Below are positions 1 to 12,119 of a stretch of DNA of 64,000 bases, in pieces. Source of the DNA: Octopus sinensis (lineage: Eukaryota); NCBI RefSeq assembly GCF_006345805.1, contig NC_043010.1, positions 68,014,001 to 68,078,000 on the forward strand. The letters run 5' to 3'. The notes beneath the pieces were generated by a model, which saw only the letters and a list, made by a program, of their open reading frames with translations, made no database searches and was not told the DNA's origin. Every line of letters starts with the position of its first letter. Within the stretch, counting starts at the first letter, position 1. The position numbers and the translations under genes are program-made.

Positions 1-54
1 AATGATTTTAATGAGTCTACTTCAGTTAATAATAATAATAATAATGATGATGAT

Positions 55-767
55 AAAGGTTTCAAATTTTGGTTCAAGGCCAACAATCTTGGGGTGGTGG
101 GCGAGTCAGTTACAGCAATCTCAGTGTTCAACTGTTACTGATTTTGTCGACTCCGAAAGGATGAAAGGCAAAGTCAACCGTAGCAGAATTTGAGTTCAGA
201 ATGCAAAGACAAAATGAAATGCTACTAAGCATTCCATCCAGCATGCTAATAATTCTGCCAGATCACCACCTTATTAATAATAATAATCCTTTCTACTATA
301 GGCACATGGCCAGGAAATTTGGGGGAGGGGGATGGTTGATTAGATCGACACCAGTACGCTACTGGTACTTAATTTATCAACCCCAAAAGGGTGAAAGGCA
401 AAGTCGACCTCGGCGGAATTTGAACTCAGAACGTAGCGACAAACGAAATTCTAACGATTCTGTCAATTACAATCCTTTCAACTAAAGAAGGCACTAGCCT
501 TGAAATTTGGGTAAGGGGGATAATTAAAGACATTGAGCCCGGTACTCAACTGGTACTTATTTTATTGACCCCCAAAAGGATGAAAGGCAAAATTGACCTT
601 GATGGAATTTGAACTCAGAGCGTAGTGACAGATAAAATGCTGCTAAGCATTTTGCCTGGTGTGCTAACGATTCTGCCAGCTCACTGCCTTCAATATTATT
701 ATTATTATTATTAATAATAATAATGATAATGATGATAATAATAATAGTAATAATAATGATAATGATA

Positions 768-803
<36 letters not shown>

Positions 804-935
804 GTTTCAAATTTTGGCTCAGGGCCAGCAGTCTTAGGGAAGGGTAAGTCTATTATATTGCCCTCAGTGCTCAAATGCTATTTATTTTATTGACCCCGAA
901 AGGATGATAAGCCAAATTGACTTTGGTGGAATTGG
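55..935 (-). mobile_element. Cluster of four decayed tRNA-derived SINE family B copies separated by (AAT)n tracts
   Basis: Four recurrences of the reverse-strand motif 'gaaaggatgaaaggcaaagtcgacctcggcggaatttgaactcagaa' (B box GTTCAAATTCC on the minus strand), interleaved with (AAT)n. Confidence 0.85.
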
Positions 936-1344
936 ATCTTGGATGGTAACAAGTTTAAATCTGAGGAAAGCCATCTTATGTGTGATTTTTAGTAAAATGA
1001 CTACCATTAACATATTGCAATTAATTCAATGAATATTTCCATTTTCCTTTTCCCCTTGACTGCAAAGATTTTTCCTTTGGTTTTATCAAGATTTCTTAGC
1101 AGTAATAATCTAGGTTGAATATTCTTATGCAAAAAACACCCAGTGCACTCTGTAAAGTGGTTGGCATTCATCTATAGACAGTTTTCTAAAACAGACTATT
1201 GGAATCTGGTGCAGTTCTTTGGCTAGCCAGTTCCTGCCAAACTGTCCAACCCATGTCAGCAAGGATAATTGGACGTTAAAGGATGATTATTCAATATTCT
1301 GTATACTCTAAAAACATCCATCCACCCATTTTCTCTACCCCCCC

Positions 1345-1540
1345 CATTCCTGGGAGGGTCATGGAGATGGAGACCTCTGGCACCTCTGTAGGGTCCCAGC
1401 AGATGCAACAGTCATTAGATGTTCTTGCTGGATTCCCGAGTATGACCAGCTGAGACTGTGGATTTTATCCGATCATCTTGTTCTCCATTGGTCTCCTGTT
1501 GGTCGGCTTGGCTCGAGGAATCTGTCTTGTGATTCTTTCT
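1345..1540 (-). mobile_element. RTE-clade LINE 3' end fragment, degraded
   Basis: Minus-strand translation ERITRQIPRAKPTNRRP resembles the RTE ORF2 C-terminal R.PRQ...KP.GRRPRGRP motif. It shares 'cctgggagggtcatg' with the fragment at 20.8-21.2 kb. Confidence 0.55.
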
Positions 1541-1549
1541 AAAATTTAT

Positions 1550-1583
<34 letters not shown>

Positions 1584-1601
1584 ATATATATGTGTGTGTG
1601 T

Positions 1602-1642
<41 letters not shown>

Positions 1643-1943
1643 TTCTAAAACGTTACTTCACCATGGTGGTTGGTACTAGAGGCAAAGAGAAGCAAGGTCC
1701 ACACATACACACACACATATATTGTTTACCTCTTAAGAATTTATAAGCTTTGAGAGAGAAATGAAGTAAATTTCTTTTAGCAGTGGAATTCCAAGTATTT
1801 CACTGTTCTGTGAAAATATGTCGAGCCATGTAGAAATATTTACCATGCTTGGAAACAGGTAGAGGTTGGCAACAAAAGGAGCAACCGGCCATAGAAGATC
1901 TACCTCAAACTTTGCCTGACCCATGCAGTTATGGAATATGGTT

Positions 1944-2174
1944 GTTGTGTGTGTATGTGTGTGTGTGTATATATATGTGTGTGTGTATGTGTATATATGT
2001 GTATGTGTGTATATATGTGCGTGTGTGTGTGTGTATATATATATATATTTATATATATATATATAGATGTTTGTGTGTATATATAGATGTGTGTGTATAT
2101 AGATGTGCGTGTGTGTGTGTGTGTGTTATATATATATATCTATATATATATAGATGTTTGTGTGTGTATATAGA

Positions 2175-2207
<33 letters not shown>

Positions 2208-2260
2208 CTATATATATATATAGATGTTTGTGTGTATATATAGATGTGTGTGTATATAGA

Positions 2261-2302
<42 letters not shown>

Positions 2303-2368
2303 GATGTGTGTGTAAATATATATAGTGTGTGTATATATATGTATACATATGTGTGTATATGTATATAT
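1944..2368. repeat. Compound (TG)n/(TA)n microsatellite
   Basis: Read directly; source of the spurious VCVYIY ORFs. Confidence 0.95.
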
Positions 2369-2649
2369 CATCATCATCATCATCATCATCATCGTTTAAC
2401 GTCCGTTTTCCGCGCTAGCACGGGTTGGACGGTTTCGACCGGGGTCTGGGGAGCACGGGTTGGACGGTTTCGACCGGGGTCTGGGGAGCTCGGGACTGCC
2501 CCAGGCTCCAGTCTAGTCTGGCAGTGTTTCTACAGCTGGATGCCCTTCCTAACGCCAACCACTCCGCGAGTGTAGTGGGTGTTTTTTACGTGCCACCTGC
2601 ACAGGTGCCAGAGGGGTCTGGCATCGGCCACGTTCGGATGGTGCTTTTT
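2369..2649 (-). mobile_element. SINE family D with (GAT)n tail and a 35-bp internal tandem duplication
   Basis: (ATC)n followed by 'gtttaacgtcc' and the family core 'ctacagctggatgcccttcctaacgccaacc'. The segment 'gcacgggttggacggtttcgaccggggtctgggga' occurs twice in tandem (about 2418-2487). Confidence 0.85.
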
Positions 2650-3286
2650 ATGGGGGGGGGTGCAGAAATATAGGGGAGCACCAGTGGGAGGGGTGGTGCA
2701 GAGGACAGGTTCTAGGCAAGTAGAACGTAGGAAATCGAGAGAGGGGTAATGCATGGTGAAATAGCGTATTGAAGAGGGGGGTTCAAAGAGTAGACACCTA
2801 TAATGGTGGTGGGGGGGTGCAGAAATATAGGGGGGCACCAGTGGGAGGGGTGGTTCAGAGGACAGGTTCTAGGCAAGTAGAACGTAGGAAATCGAGAGAG
2901 GGGTAATGCATGGTGAAATAGCGTATTGAAGAGGGGGGTTCAAAGAGTAGACACCTATAATGGTGGTGGGGGGGTGCAGAAATATAGGGGAGCACCAGTG
3001 GGAGGGGTGGTTCAGAGGACAGGTTCTAGGCAAGTAGAACGTAGGATATCGAAAGAGGGGTAATGCATGGTGAAATAGCGTATTGAAGAGGGGGGTTCAA
3101 AGAGTAGACACCTATAATGGTGGTGGGGGGGTGTGCAGAAATATAGGGGAGCACCAGTGGGAGGGGTGTTTCAGAGGACAGGTTCTAGGCAAGTAGAACG
3201 TAGGATATCGAGAGAGGGGTAATGCATGGTGAAATAGCGTATTGAAGAGGGGGGTTCAAAGAGTAGACACCTATAATGGTGGTGGG
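2650..3286. repeat. 157-bp tandem repeat, four near-identical units
   Basis: 'gcagaaatatagggg' starts at 2662, 2819, 2976 and 3135 (periods 157, 157, 159). Confidence 0.95.
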
Positions 3287-3362
3287 AGAAACGACATCCG
3301 GTATAGTTGGAGCAAAATAGAGATATCCGGTATTGGTGGTGGGGGTGGGTAGGGCGGGCGCG

Positions 3363-3779
3363 CCGCGAAGAATCAGCGGCCAATTCGATCAGCCCTGTAA
3401 GGGAGATAGATCTTAAATATCTATAACGATAACTAATGAATTATACAGAATATGCAAAAACGAGGCGAGGCTGAAATAGTAAACAGAGTGGCGACTAGGG
3501 AGCTCAGAATAATGATACATAATAAATAATAATAAATGAGATAACGGGTGAATTAAAGTTCAAAGATTTCTTATCTTGGGATCACTTCGTTTACGGACAG
3601 ACTTGGCAAAAGGAATTCGGAATCAAGAATGAGGCAGGTTACTAGCTTATATGCATAGCCATGGAGAGAAGTAGGAAGAGAGGAGTCCAGACAGACAATG
3701 TAAAAAGAGGGGGAGAGAAGGGGAAGAGAACCCCGCGAAGAAATCGGCGGCCAATTCGATCAGCCCTGTAAGGGAGATA
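3363..3779. repeat. About 370-bp segment bounded by a 46-bp direct repeat
   Basis: 'ccgcgaagaatcagcggccaattcgatcagccctgtaagggagata' at 3363-3408 recurs almost identically at 3733-3779, followed by (TA)n. Confidence 0.85.
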
Positions 3780-4697
3780 TATATATATATATATATATAT
3801 AAATACATATATATGCGTGTATATGTTTATATGCGTGTATATGTTTATATGCGTGTATATGTTTATATGCATGTATATGTGTATATGTATATATACATAT
3901 ATATATATATGTATATATACACACACACACACACACACACCATATACACTTGTATAAATGTCCTGTATATTTTGTATATATACTATTTTACTTGTTTCAG
4001 TCTTTTTGACTGTGGCCATGCTGGAGCACTGCTTTTAGTTGAACAGATTGACCCCCCCAAGACTTATTCTTTGTAATCTTAGTACTTATACAATCAGTCA
4101 CTTTTGCTGAAGTCACCAACATCAGTTGTCAAGCGATGGTTTGGGGGTGGGGTGTAGTGGAAAACACAGGCATAAATGTTATTATATTAAGAAAAAGTGG
4201 GGGGGGGGCATCAGGATTTGAATGAAAACTACTTATTTAGTACACTTGTCCTTTTGAGTGATTCATCATGAATTATTTCATGATGAATCTCTCAAAGGGA
4301 TGAGCCTCCTAAATAATATTTATGCAAATCCTGACTACCTTCTCCTTCTTAACACCACTTCAAACAATCTATGCACACACACACACTCACACACACACAC
4401 ACTTATATTGACATCTATTCATGTTCTGTGTGTATGTCTATCTTTGATTGTATTCGTGTTGTATTCATTTGCTGTCCTAAAACTTAGCAGCTTGGTAAGT
4501 GGATTGATAAAAGTATTGCTCTAAAGTACACACTAGGTTTGACTGAACCCTTGAAGGTAGTGCTCCAGCATGGCCATTGTCCAATCATTGATACTGGTAC
4601 ATTGAAAATTTTCTTTTTGTGTCTGTGTGTGTGTTATGAAGGGCATACAACATTAGGAAGGGCACCCAGCATTAGGAAGGGCATCCAACCATAAAAA

Positions 4698-4921
4698 CCT
4701 ATTTCTTTACTACCCACAAGGGGCTAAACACAGAGAGGACAAACAAGGACAGACAAACAGATTAAGTCGATAATATTGACCCCAGTGCACAACTGGTACT
4801 TATTTAATCGACCCCAAAAGGATGAGAGGCAAAATCGACCTCGGCGGAATTTGAACTCAGGATGTAGCGGCAGACGAAATACCGCTAAGCATTTCACCTG
4901 GCGTGCTAACGATTCTGCCAG
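4698..4921 (-). mobile_element. SINE family B (long-tail form) nested inside a family D copy
   Basis: Full B body, reverse of '...gtagtaaagaaataggt'. Family D motifs 'ttaggaagggcatcc' lie to the left and 'ggacgttaaatgatgatg' to the right. Confidence 0.85.
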
Positions 4922-5088
4922 TATGCCAAGTTAAACTTGAGTTTGGTGCAGCCCTCAGCTTACCAGCCCTGGTCAAACCATCCAGCCCATGCTAGCATGG
5001 ACAGTGGACGTTAAATGATGATGATGATAATATATATGTTATATGTATGTGTTTGTGTGTGTATATTTATATATATATATATATTATG

Positions 5089-5205
5089 TGTTTTCTAAAT
5101 ATTCTCTTTGTTTCATTTTAGGTAAGTGCTCCCGTTTAGAAATATCTGGAAAGTTTTCTCTACTCAGGTGTTCATAGAAACTAGTTTACTCTGGATCAGG
5201 TACGT
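5089..5205 (+). other. Candidate recursive splice site (AG|GTAAGT at 5121/5122) with 78-nt RS-exon-like segment 5122-5199
   Basis: 'ttttctaaatattctctttgtttcattttAG|GTAAGT', downstream donor 'cag|GTACGT' at 5199/5200, and stops in all three frames (5123, 5137, 5175). Confidence 0.5.
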
Positions 5206-5689
5206 GTCACTTTAACTGCAAATGAAATATTTCTGCTTACCCATATTGTCAAGGCTGGTACTAGAAACCGAGGTATTAATGTTGTTTTGATTTAGTCCCA
5301 AGTCAGCCCTGATTAACCCTCCCAGACCTGGGCCCCTGTTTCTGACTTTGTCCTCCACCTGGTCTCCTGAGCAAAAAAGAAAAAAAGTTGTATATACAGC
5401 TTGAGTAATAAGTGCAGGCAAATTAATGGACAGAATCATGAATAAATTCTGGAGAGGAGTAGTAGTAATAATAAATAAGGGTTTAAAATTCTTTTCAAGG
5501 GTAGCAGTTTTGGAGGAGGGGCTGAACCAATTACATCGGTCCCAGTGCTCAACTGGTACTTATTTTGTCAACCCCGAAATGATGAAAAGCAAAATCGACC
5601 TCAGCAGAATTTGAACTCAGAATGAAGCTTTGGGTGAAATACTGTTAAGCATTTCGTCCAGCATGCTGATGAGTCTGCCAGCTCACCAC

Positions 5690-6017
5690 CTTAATAATAA
5701 TAATAATAATAATTAATAAATAATAATTAATAAATAATAATAATAATTAATAAATAATAAATAATAATAATAAATAATAATAATAATAATTAATAATAAT
5801 AAATAATAATAATTAATAATAATAAATAATAATAATTAATAATAATAATTAATAATAATAAATAATAATAATTAATAATAATAAATAATAATAAATAATA
5901 ATAATAATAATAATATTAATATTAATAAATAATAATAATTATAATTAATAAATAATAATTATAATTAATAAATAATAAATAATAATAATAATAAATAATA
6001 ATAATTAATAATAATAA
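5690..6017. repeat. Long degenerate (AAT)n tract with no G or C
   Basis: Read directly; follows a SINE B copy (about 5465-5690). Confidence 0.95.
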
Positions 6018-6431
6018 GAAGACAACTACTGTAGTTGTCCATCCAAATTGCTACTTTTCTCATCTCGTTCACCTGTCTGATTGTCTAAATCACTAGGAAT
6101 CCATACCTGCTATACCAGGAACCGGGAACATGGTGTGATAGTGTTCTATCTGTAACTATGCCATCCTTTTGTCCAGTGGAGACCAACCTTTTATGCATCT
6201 TGTAGCTGAAACATGAGACCAGTCTGTGAAGCAATGCACTCACAGCTGAGTGCTTGAGTGTCACTATGGTGCTTCAAACATTAAGTGTCACTGCATGTTT
6301 GAAGCTCCAGGATGATACACAAGCACTCGACTATGAGTGTATTGCGTCTTGTGGCAGAAACAGCTGTAAGTTAATGCAGTTCATAACATGAGTTGTTTAT
6401 CCCTTTTTCATCCAAATTTTTTGATGATGAC

Positions 6432-6830
6432 TGTGTGTGTGTGAATGGGTGCATATATGTGTGTGTGCATACGTGTATGTACATGAGCATGTATGTACAT
6501 GAGCATGTATGTATGCATGTGTATGCATGTGTGTGTGCATGTCTATGCACATGTGTGTATGCACACTGCATGTATGTACGTGTGTGTATGCATGTATGTA
6601 TGCATGTGTGTATGTATGCTGCATGTATGCACGCACGTTTGCGTGTATGTATGTGTGTGTATGTCTGTGTATGTACATGAGTGTGTAATGCATGCATGCA
6701 CATATGTGCATGTGTATATGTACGTGTCAATCCAATTTGATGTGTATATGTGTCCCTCACCACCGTAGTGCAATGCCTGCAGCTTATTATACATACATAT
6801 GTATGTATGCATATGTTTATGCACACACAC
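6432..6830. repeat. Degenerate (TG)n/(TATG)n microsatellite
   Basis: Read directly; rich in CATG/TGCA variants. Confidence 0.9.
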
Positions 6831-6876
6831 ACACTTTTAGATAGTTTTGTAATCTTTTTCTTTTCCCTGTCTCTGC

Positions 6877-7185
6877 CTTGAAAGAGCTGTTCTTCACTCC
6901 TGCTCCAGAGCGTCGGCTGCGGGGTCACTCCGAAAAGCTCTATCTGTGACGATTTCATCTCAGTCGAAGGAGAGAGGCTTTCTCCGTCCGGGTTGCGGAT
7001 CCATGGAATAAGCTGCCGGACGAGATAGTGAAGATGCCGACGACCGCTCGTTTCAAAGTCTCTCTTGACCAGAATTGGCCTGAACTCTTTGCATGAACAC
7101 CCTCCCTGTACATAACTCCATGTCCCCCTACATGGCCTTGCTTTTTGCTTTTTGAGCCAAAAAATTAACCTAACTTAACTTAACT
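6877..7185 (+). mobile_element. CR1-clade LINE, 5'-truncated 3' end with (CTTAA)n-like tail
   Basis: Translates KELFFTPAPERRLRGHSEKLYL*RFHLSRRREAFSVRVADPWNKLPDEIVKMPTTARFKVSLDQNWPELFA*, the CR1-type ORF2 C-terminus (RGH..KL...F..RV...WN.LP...FK..LD). Ends 'ttaacctaacttaacttaact'. Confidence 0.85.
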
Positions 7186-7358
7186 CTACAGCAAAGTGTT
7201 TGGAGCAGAATCCATACTGCAGAACATAACATAACTGTATCTACCAGAAGTCTGGTGCCAGCTTCTGCCTGGGGCCAGCTCCTGTCAAACCGTCCCACCC
7301 ATGCCAGCATGAAAAGGCAGCCGTTAAACGATGATGATATCTGTTTGTTGATCTCATG

Positions 7359-7390
<32 letters not shown>

Positions 7391-7769
7391 CAAACAAAAG
7401 TTTATTTCAATTATAAAGTCTGCCATCTTCAGCCAATTTGAATTTTTATTTCCTTTGTTATTTTGTTTTCTTCTTTTTCTGGTTTTTCTATTGTTCACAC
7501 CTCCTTCAATATCAGTTGCTACATCCTTCTTTATCCAGTCTTGTCAGCGCTGGTATACACCCATTTCTGCAAGCCAACATAAGCTGGCAACTCCACCACC
7601 ACCGCCACCACCACCACCGCCACCACCCCACACTGCTTCCCTCACAGCTACTCCCCACCACCCATCTTTCAGCCCAGCAGGCCACCATCTTTGTTCCTTG
7701 TATCTCTTCTATCTGTGTAACCTATGACTTAAATCTTACCTTTTAGCAACCTGCTGACTCTTGTAATCA

Positions 7770-8250
7770 GCTTTGTCTGTCTGCCTGCCTGTGTGTCTGT
7801 CTATGTCTGACACTCTCTCTCTGTATTGTCTGTCTATGTCTCTGTCTGTATGTCTGTCTGTCTCTCTCTCTGTATGTATGTATGTATGTATGTATGTATG
7901 TATGTATGTATGTATGTATGTCTGTCTCTCTCTCTGTATGTATGTCTGTCTCTCTCTCTGTATGTATGTCTGTCTCTCTCTGTGTATGTATGTCTGTCTC
8001 TCTCTGTGTATATATGTCTCTCTCTCTCTCTGTATGTCTTTCTCTCTCTATGTATGTCTCTCTCTCTATGTCTCTCTCTCTATCCATCTCTGTCTGCCTC
8101 TCTCTCTTTGTCTGTCTCTCTTTGTCTGTCTCTCTCTGTGTCTCTTTGTCTGTACCTCTGCCTTTCTCTCTCTCTCTCTCTCTTGTCTGTCTGTCTCTCT
8201 CTGTCTCTCTCTCACTCTCTCCCCTCCTTGTCTCTCTCTCTCTTACATAC
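7770..8250. repeat. Compound (CT)n/(TCTG)n/(TATG)n microsatellite
   Basis: Read directly. Confidence 0.95.
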
Positions 8251-9551
8251 ACAGTCAGCATCCAATCTCTCTCATCACTCATCTCAGTTCTCTTGGGTGT
8301 GGGTGTGTATGTATAGGTCTCACTTTGTTACATTTCACTTACAACTTACATTCAGTTCAATTTCCTGTAGAGGTCTTTGTGCATTTTCTTTTATTATCTG
8401 TTTTTACCATGGTGTGCCTCTATGAAAGACAACCTGACTCATAGAACGCACCCCTTCCCCAACAAGCCAATACAATACCCCCTTCTTACCAACACCATCT
8501 GGCCCACTTTCAAATATTATATTTATCTTCTCTGCCTCTACTGCTGCAACAACAGTCCCACAACCCCATCCTTACTGGATGTAATGGCACATGGCTTAAT
8601 GATTAAGTGTGTTGGCCCTATCATGTGGTCATGGGTTCTTGAGCAAGGCATTTCATTTCACAACACTCCAGTCTACTCAGCTGTAAACAACTACCAGCTG
8701 AGTGTTGGTTGCTGGCCTCTCTCCTATCGGCTGCCTGTCATATTCTCAAGGATATCCGACTTGGTCAAGGATTAGAGGACCCCCCCCCCCACCAGCATTC
8801 TGAGATGGGTGTGTACATGGATTTTCAATTACTTGTGACCTCTGAAACGATAAACATTTGATGAAAGCATGCGTACTACCAAATCACAATCGTAGTCTTG
8901 GCTGTTGCCGGCACTTGTGAAATCATAACCATGGCCATTGCTGGTAGCATGATCTTCAAATGTTGGGCCTCATGGAGGTGATGGCAAGTGACTGAAACCT
9001 TGGAGATACACTGCTCTTGAGAAGACTCGTCAAAGCTAAATGAAATTGTAGTCAAGGCTGTTGCTGGTGTCCTGTAAATGGCACCTGTGCTGGTGGTACA
9101 CAAAAGGCATCCCTTAATCTTGCACTCTTGGAGTGGTTGGCGTTAGGATGGGCATCCAGCTGTAGAAACCATGCCAAATGAGACTGGAACCTGGGGCAGC
9201 TCTCTGCTATACCAGTTCCAGTCAAACTGTCTTACCCATGCCAACATGGAAAGTGGATGCTAAATGATGATGGTGTTGGCTATGTTTTATGAAATGGGTA
9301 TGTGTGTTAATAAAGGTTTTAGGGATAGTGGAGGGCAAAATTTGTAAGGGTAGACAACACTTTGATGTCTTTATCTTTCACCTTTTGCTTGTTTCAGTCA
9401 TTGGATTATAGATTTGAGTTGAATGGATTGATGCCAGTACTTATTTTTGTTACAGTCCAGTTCTTGTTCTGTCAATCTCTTTTGTCAAACCACTTAGTCA
9501 TGGGGATGTAAACAAACCAACACCGGTTGTCAAATGGTGTGTGACTGCGAA

Positions 9552-9714
9552 ACACACACACACTCACACACACATACTCACTCACACACTCTCACACACA
9601 CACACCACACACACACACCACACACACACACATACTCACACACACATACTCACACACACATACTCACACACACATACTCACACACACACACACTCACACA
9701 CATACTCACACACA

Positions 9715-9745
<31 letters not shown>

Positions 9746-9887
9746 CACACACACACACACACATACTCACACACACATTACTCACACACACATTACTCAC
9801 ACACACATACTCACACACACACACACTCACACACATACTCACACACACTCGTACACACACACACACACAACACACACACACACGCAT
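9552..9887. repeat. Expanded (CA)n tract inside a minus-strand SINE A
   Basis: SINE A 3'-half motifs lie to the left (about 9385-9545) and head motifs 'cactcacaaggcc' to the right (about 10090-10215). Confidence 0.9.
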
Positions 9888-10943
9888 GCACAGTTGCTTT
9901 TCTCTCTGTTGCTGTATCTGTCTCTGTCTCTCTCTTTCTCCCCAAACTTTCCTCTCTCAAGTTGGAGGGCTGCACCAGGCTCTGCTCATCTGTTTTGGTA
10001 TGGTTTCTATGGCTGGGTGCCCTTCCTAGCCCTATTCATTTTACAGAGGGTATCGGGTACTTTTTATGTGACACTGGCTTGTTTACAGAATCACTCACAA
10101 GGCCTTGATCAGCTTAGGGCTCAAGTAAAAAAACACTTGCTTAAGATGCCACTCAGTAGGGACCAAACTGGAACTCATGATGTCGGGAAGCAAGCTTCTT
10201 ACCACACAGCCATGCGTATGTTTTTACACATATACACATGTTTGGATAAGTTTTGTTTATTGTTCCTTATTCATGTTTACATAAGACCATGACAACTTCT
10301 GGTGGTCGGTGATTTTGTTGTTTATGTATGAAAGATTTTCTTTTTTTTGGTTTTGTTTTGTGGGTGGGTCATTGAAGGGAGAAGCTAAATCTACTACCTC
10401 CCTCCCTCCCTTTTATTTGGAATCCCTACCACTCCTTTTCCATGCTCTCCTTTCAACCAGTCAAATATTTATTGATATGAATACACGTCAACACTTGTCT
10501 AATTTAAATAAACTCTTTCGCTACCTTAATCCCAGATTGCATGAATGAAAAACAGAGTGATGATGATTAAGTGATGATTAGATGTCCCTAATTATCAAGA
10601 TTTAAACTCTTATCTCTCTCTCCCTTCCTTCCCCCCCCCCTTACATGAATTTTTTATAAATAAAAATCTTAAAAAATAAACTCCTACCATCTTAAAATAC
10701 TGCAAAGTGATGATGGTTGTAATTAGAAATGAGAGGAGGTTTGCTGTAATCTTTGTGTAAATATAGTGTGTGTGTGTGTGTGTCTGTCTGTCTGTGTGTG
10801 TGTTCTTCCCTTTTCATTCTCTCCTTATCTCTTCTTCATCTTCCTATCTTTTCTCATTTTTCATTCCTGTGATGAGGAGTGTTGTTCTGTGAAGGATGTT
10901 TGTTAGTTGCTTTTCTCTCTCTGTCTGTTGCTGTGTCTGTCTG

Positions 10944-10976
<33 letters not shown>

Positions 10977-11689
10977 TCTCCCACCTCCTCCTCTGTACTT
11001 CAGATGTGAGCCGAGGCTGAGGCTGCTAATTCCAGAAGTCCCTAACCACATAAATAAGCACCATGCTGCCAACACATTGAATGCAGTTTCGTCTGATTTC
11101 ATCATCTTCATCAGCATCATCATCATTTTAACGTCCACTTTTGCATGCTTGCATGGGTTGGATGGAGTTTGAGACAGAATCTCTGTTCTTAGATGTCCTT
11201 CCTGTCACCGACCCTTACTTGTTTCCAAGCAGGTTAATGTCCTCCATCCCAGCTAGTTACGCATGTCTTCACAGAATATTTCGAATGTATGACACTGCTT
11301 GTAACAATCATTTTACACCTATTACATGATGCCAAGACAAAGGAACACACATGCACGCGCGGTGGACTTCTATCAGTTTCTGGCTACCTTATCCAGTCAC
11401 AAGACTTTATTTTGCCTTTATTCAGTAAAAGGCACTTGCCAAGGGTGCAATAGTTCTGGGACTGAACCCAGAACTATGTGGTTGGGAAGCAAACTTCTTG
11501 CCACGCAGCCACGCTGGCTTTCTGGGCCCAGAGCCTGCAGGGTTTGATTTTGCTATCCATCGTTTGAGGAGTTGCTCAAATAAAAGTTAAATAATGAATC
11601 AAATCTCAACAACTACACCCCTCCCTGGCAATGGATCTTGCGGCCCTGTGCCTGTGTATGAAATAATCATCAGGTATTAGGGCTCTCAG

Positions 11690-12078
11690 TGTGGCTGTGT
11701 GGTAAGTAGCTTGCTTACCAACCACAAGGTTCCGGGTTCAGTCCCACTGCGTGGCACATTGGGCAAGTGTCTTCTACTATAGCCTCAGGCTGACCAAAGC
11801 CTTGTCAGTGGATTTGGTAGACGGAAACTGAAAGAAGCCCGTCGTATATATGTACATATATCTGTGTGTGTGTGTGTTTGTCCCCACAACATTGCTTGAC
11901 AACCGATGCTGGTGTGTTACTTCTCCGTAACTTAGCGGTTCGGCAAAAGAGACCGATAGAATAAGTACTGGGCTTACAAAGAATAAGTCCTGGGGTCGAT
12001 TTGTTTGACTAAAGGTGGTGCTCCAGCGTGACCACCACAGTCGAATGACTGAAACAAGTAAAAGAGAGAGTAAAGAGT
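11690..12078 (+). mobile_element. SINE family A (tRNA head, CORE-like segment, internal microsatellite, TAAAAGAG tail)
   Basis: A box TGGCTGTGTGGTAAG, B box GGTTCAGTCCC, CORE-like 'tgggcaagtgtctt', ending 'gaaacaagtaaaagagagagtaaagag'. Confidence 0.9.
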
Positions 12079-12119
12079 ATAGGAGAAACAATCATTTTTA
12101 TCATCATCTTTGGAGCTTG

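Noticed and set aside
2650-3286. CRISPR-like appearance of the 157-bp, 62-bp (42833-43008) and 38-bp (60103-60222) arrays
   Set aside because: Units are contiguous with no unique spacers, there are no cas genes, and the context is eukaryotic.
3363-3408. Possible hammerhead on the minus strand of the 46-bp direct repeat (CCCT-tac-AGGG-CTGATCGA)
   Set aside because: No properly placed UH triplet and no GAAA with a stem II downstream.
10905-11011. Long pyrimidine tract ending TTCAG|AT|GTGAGC, a possible 2-nt microexon or third ratchet point
   Set aside because: The tract is a (CT)n microsatellite, there is no clear branch point, the GT is offset by 2 nt and no downstream donor is evident; chance is likely.
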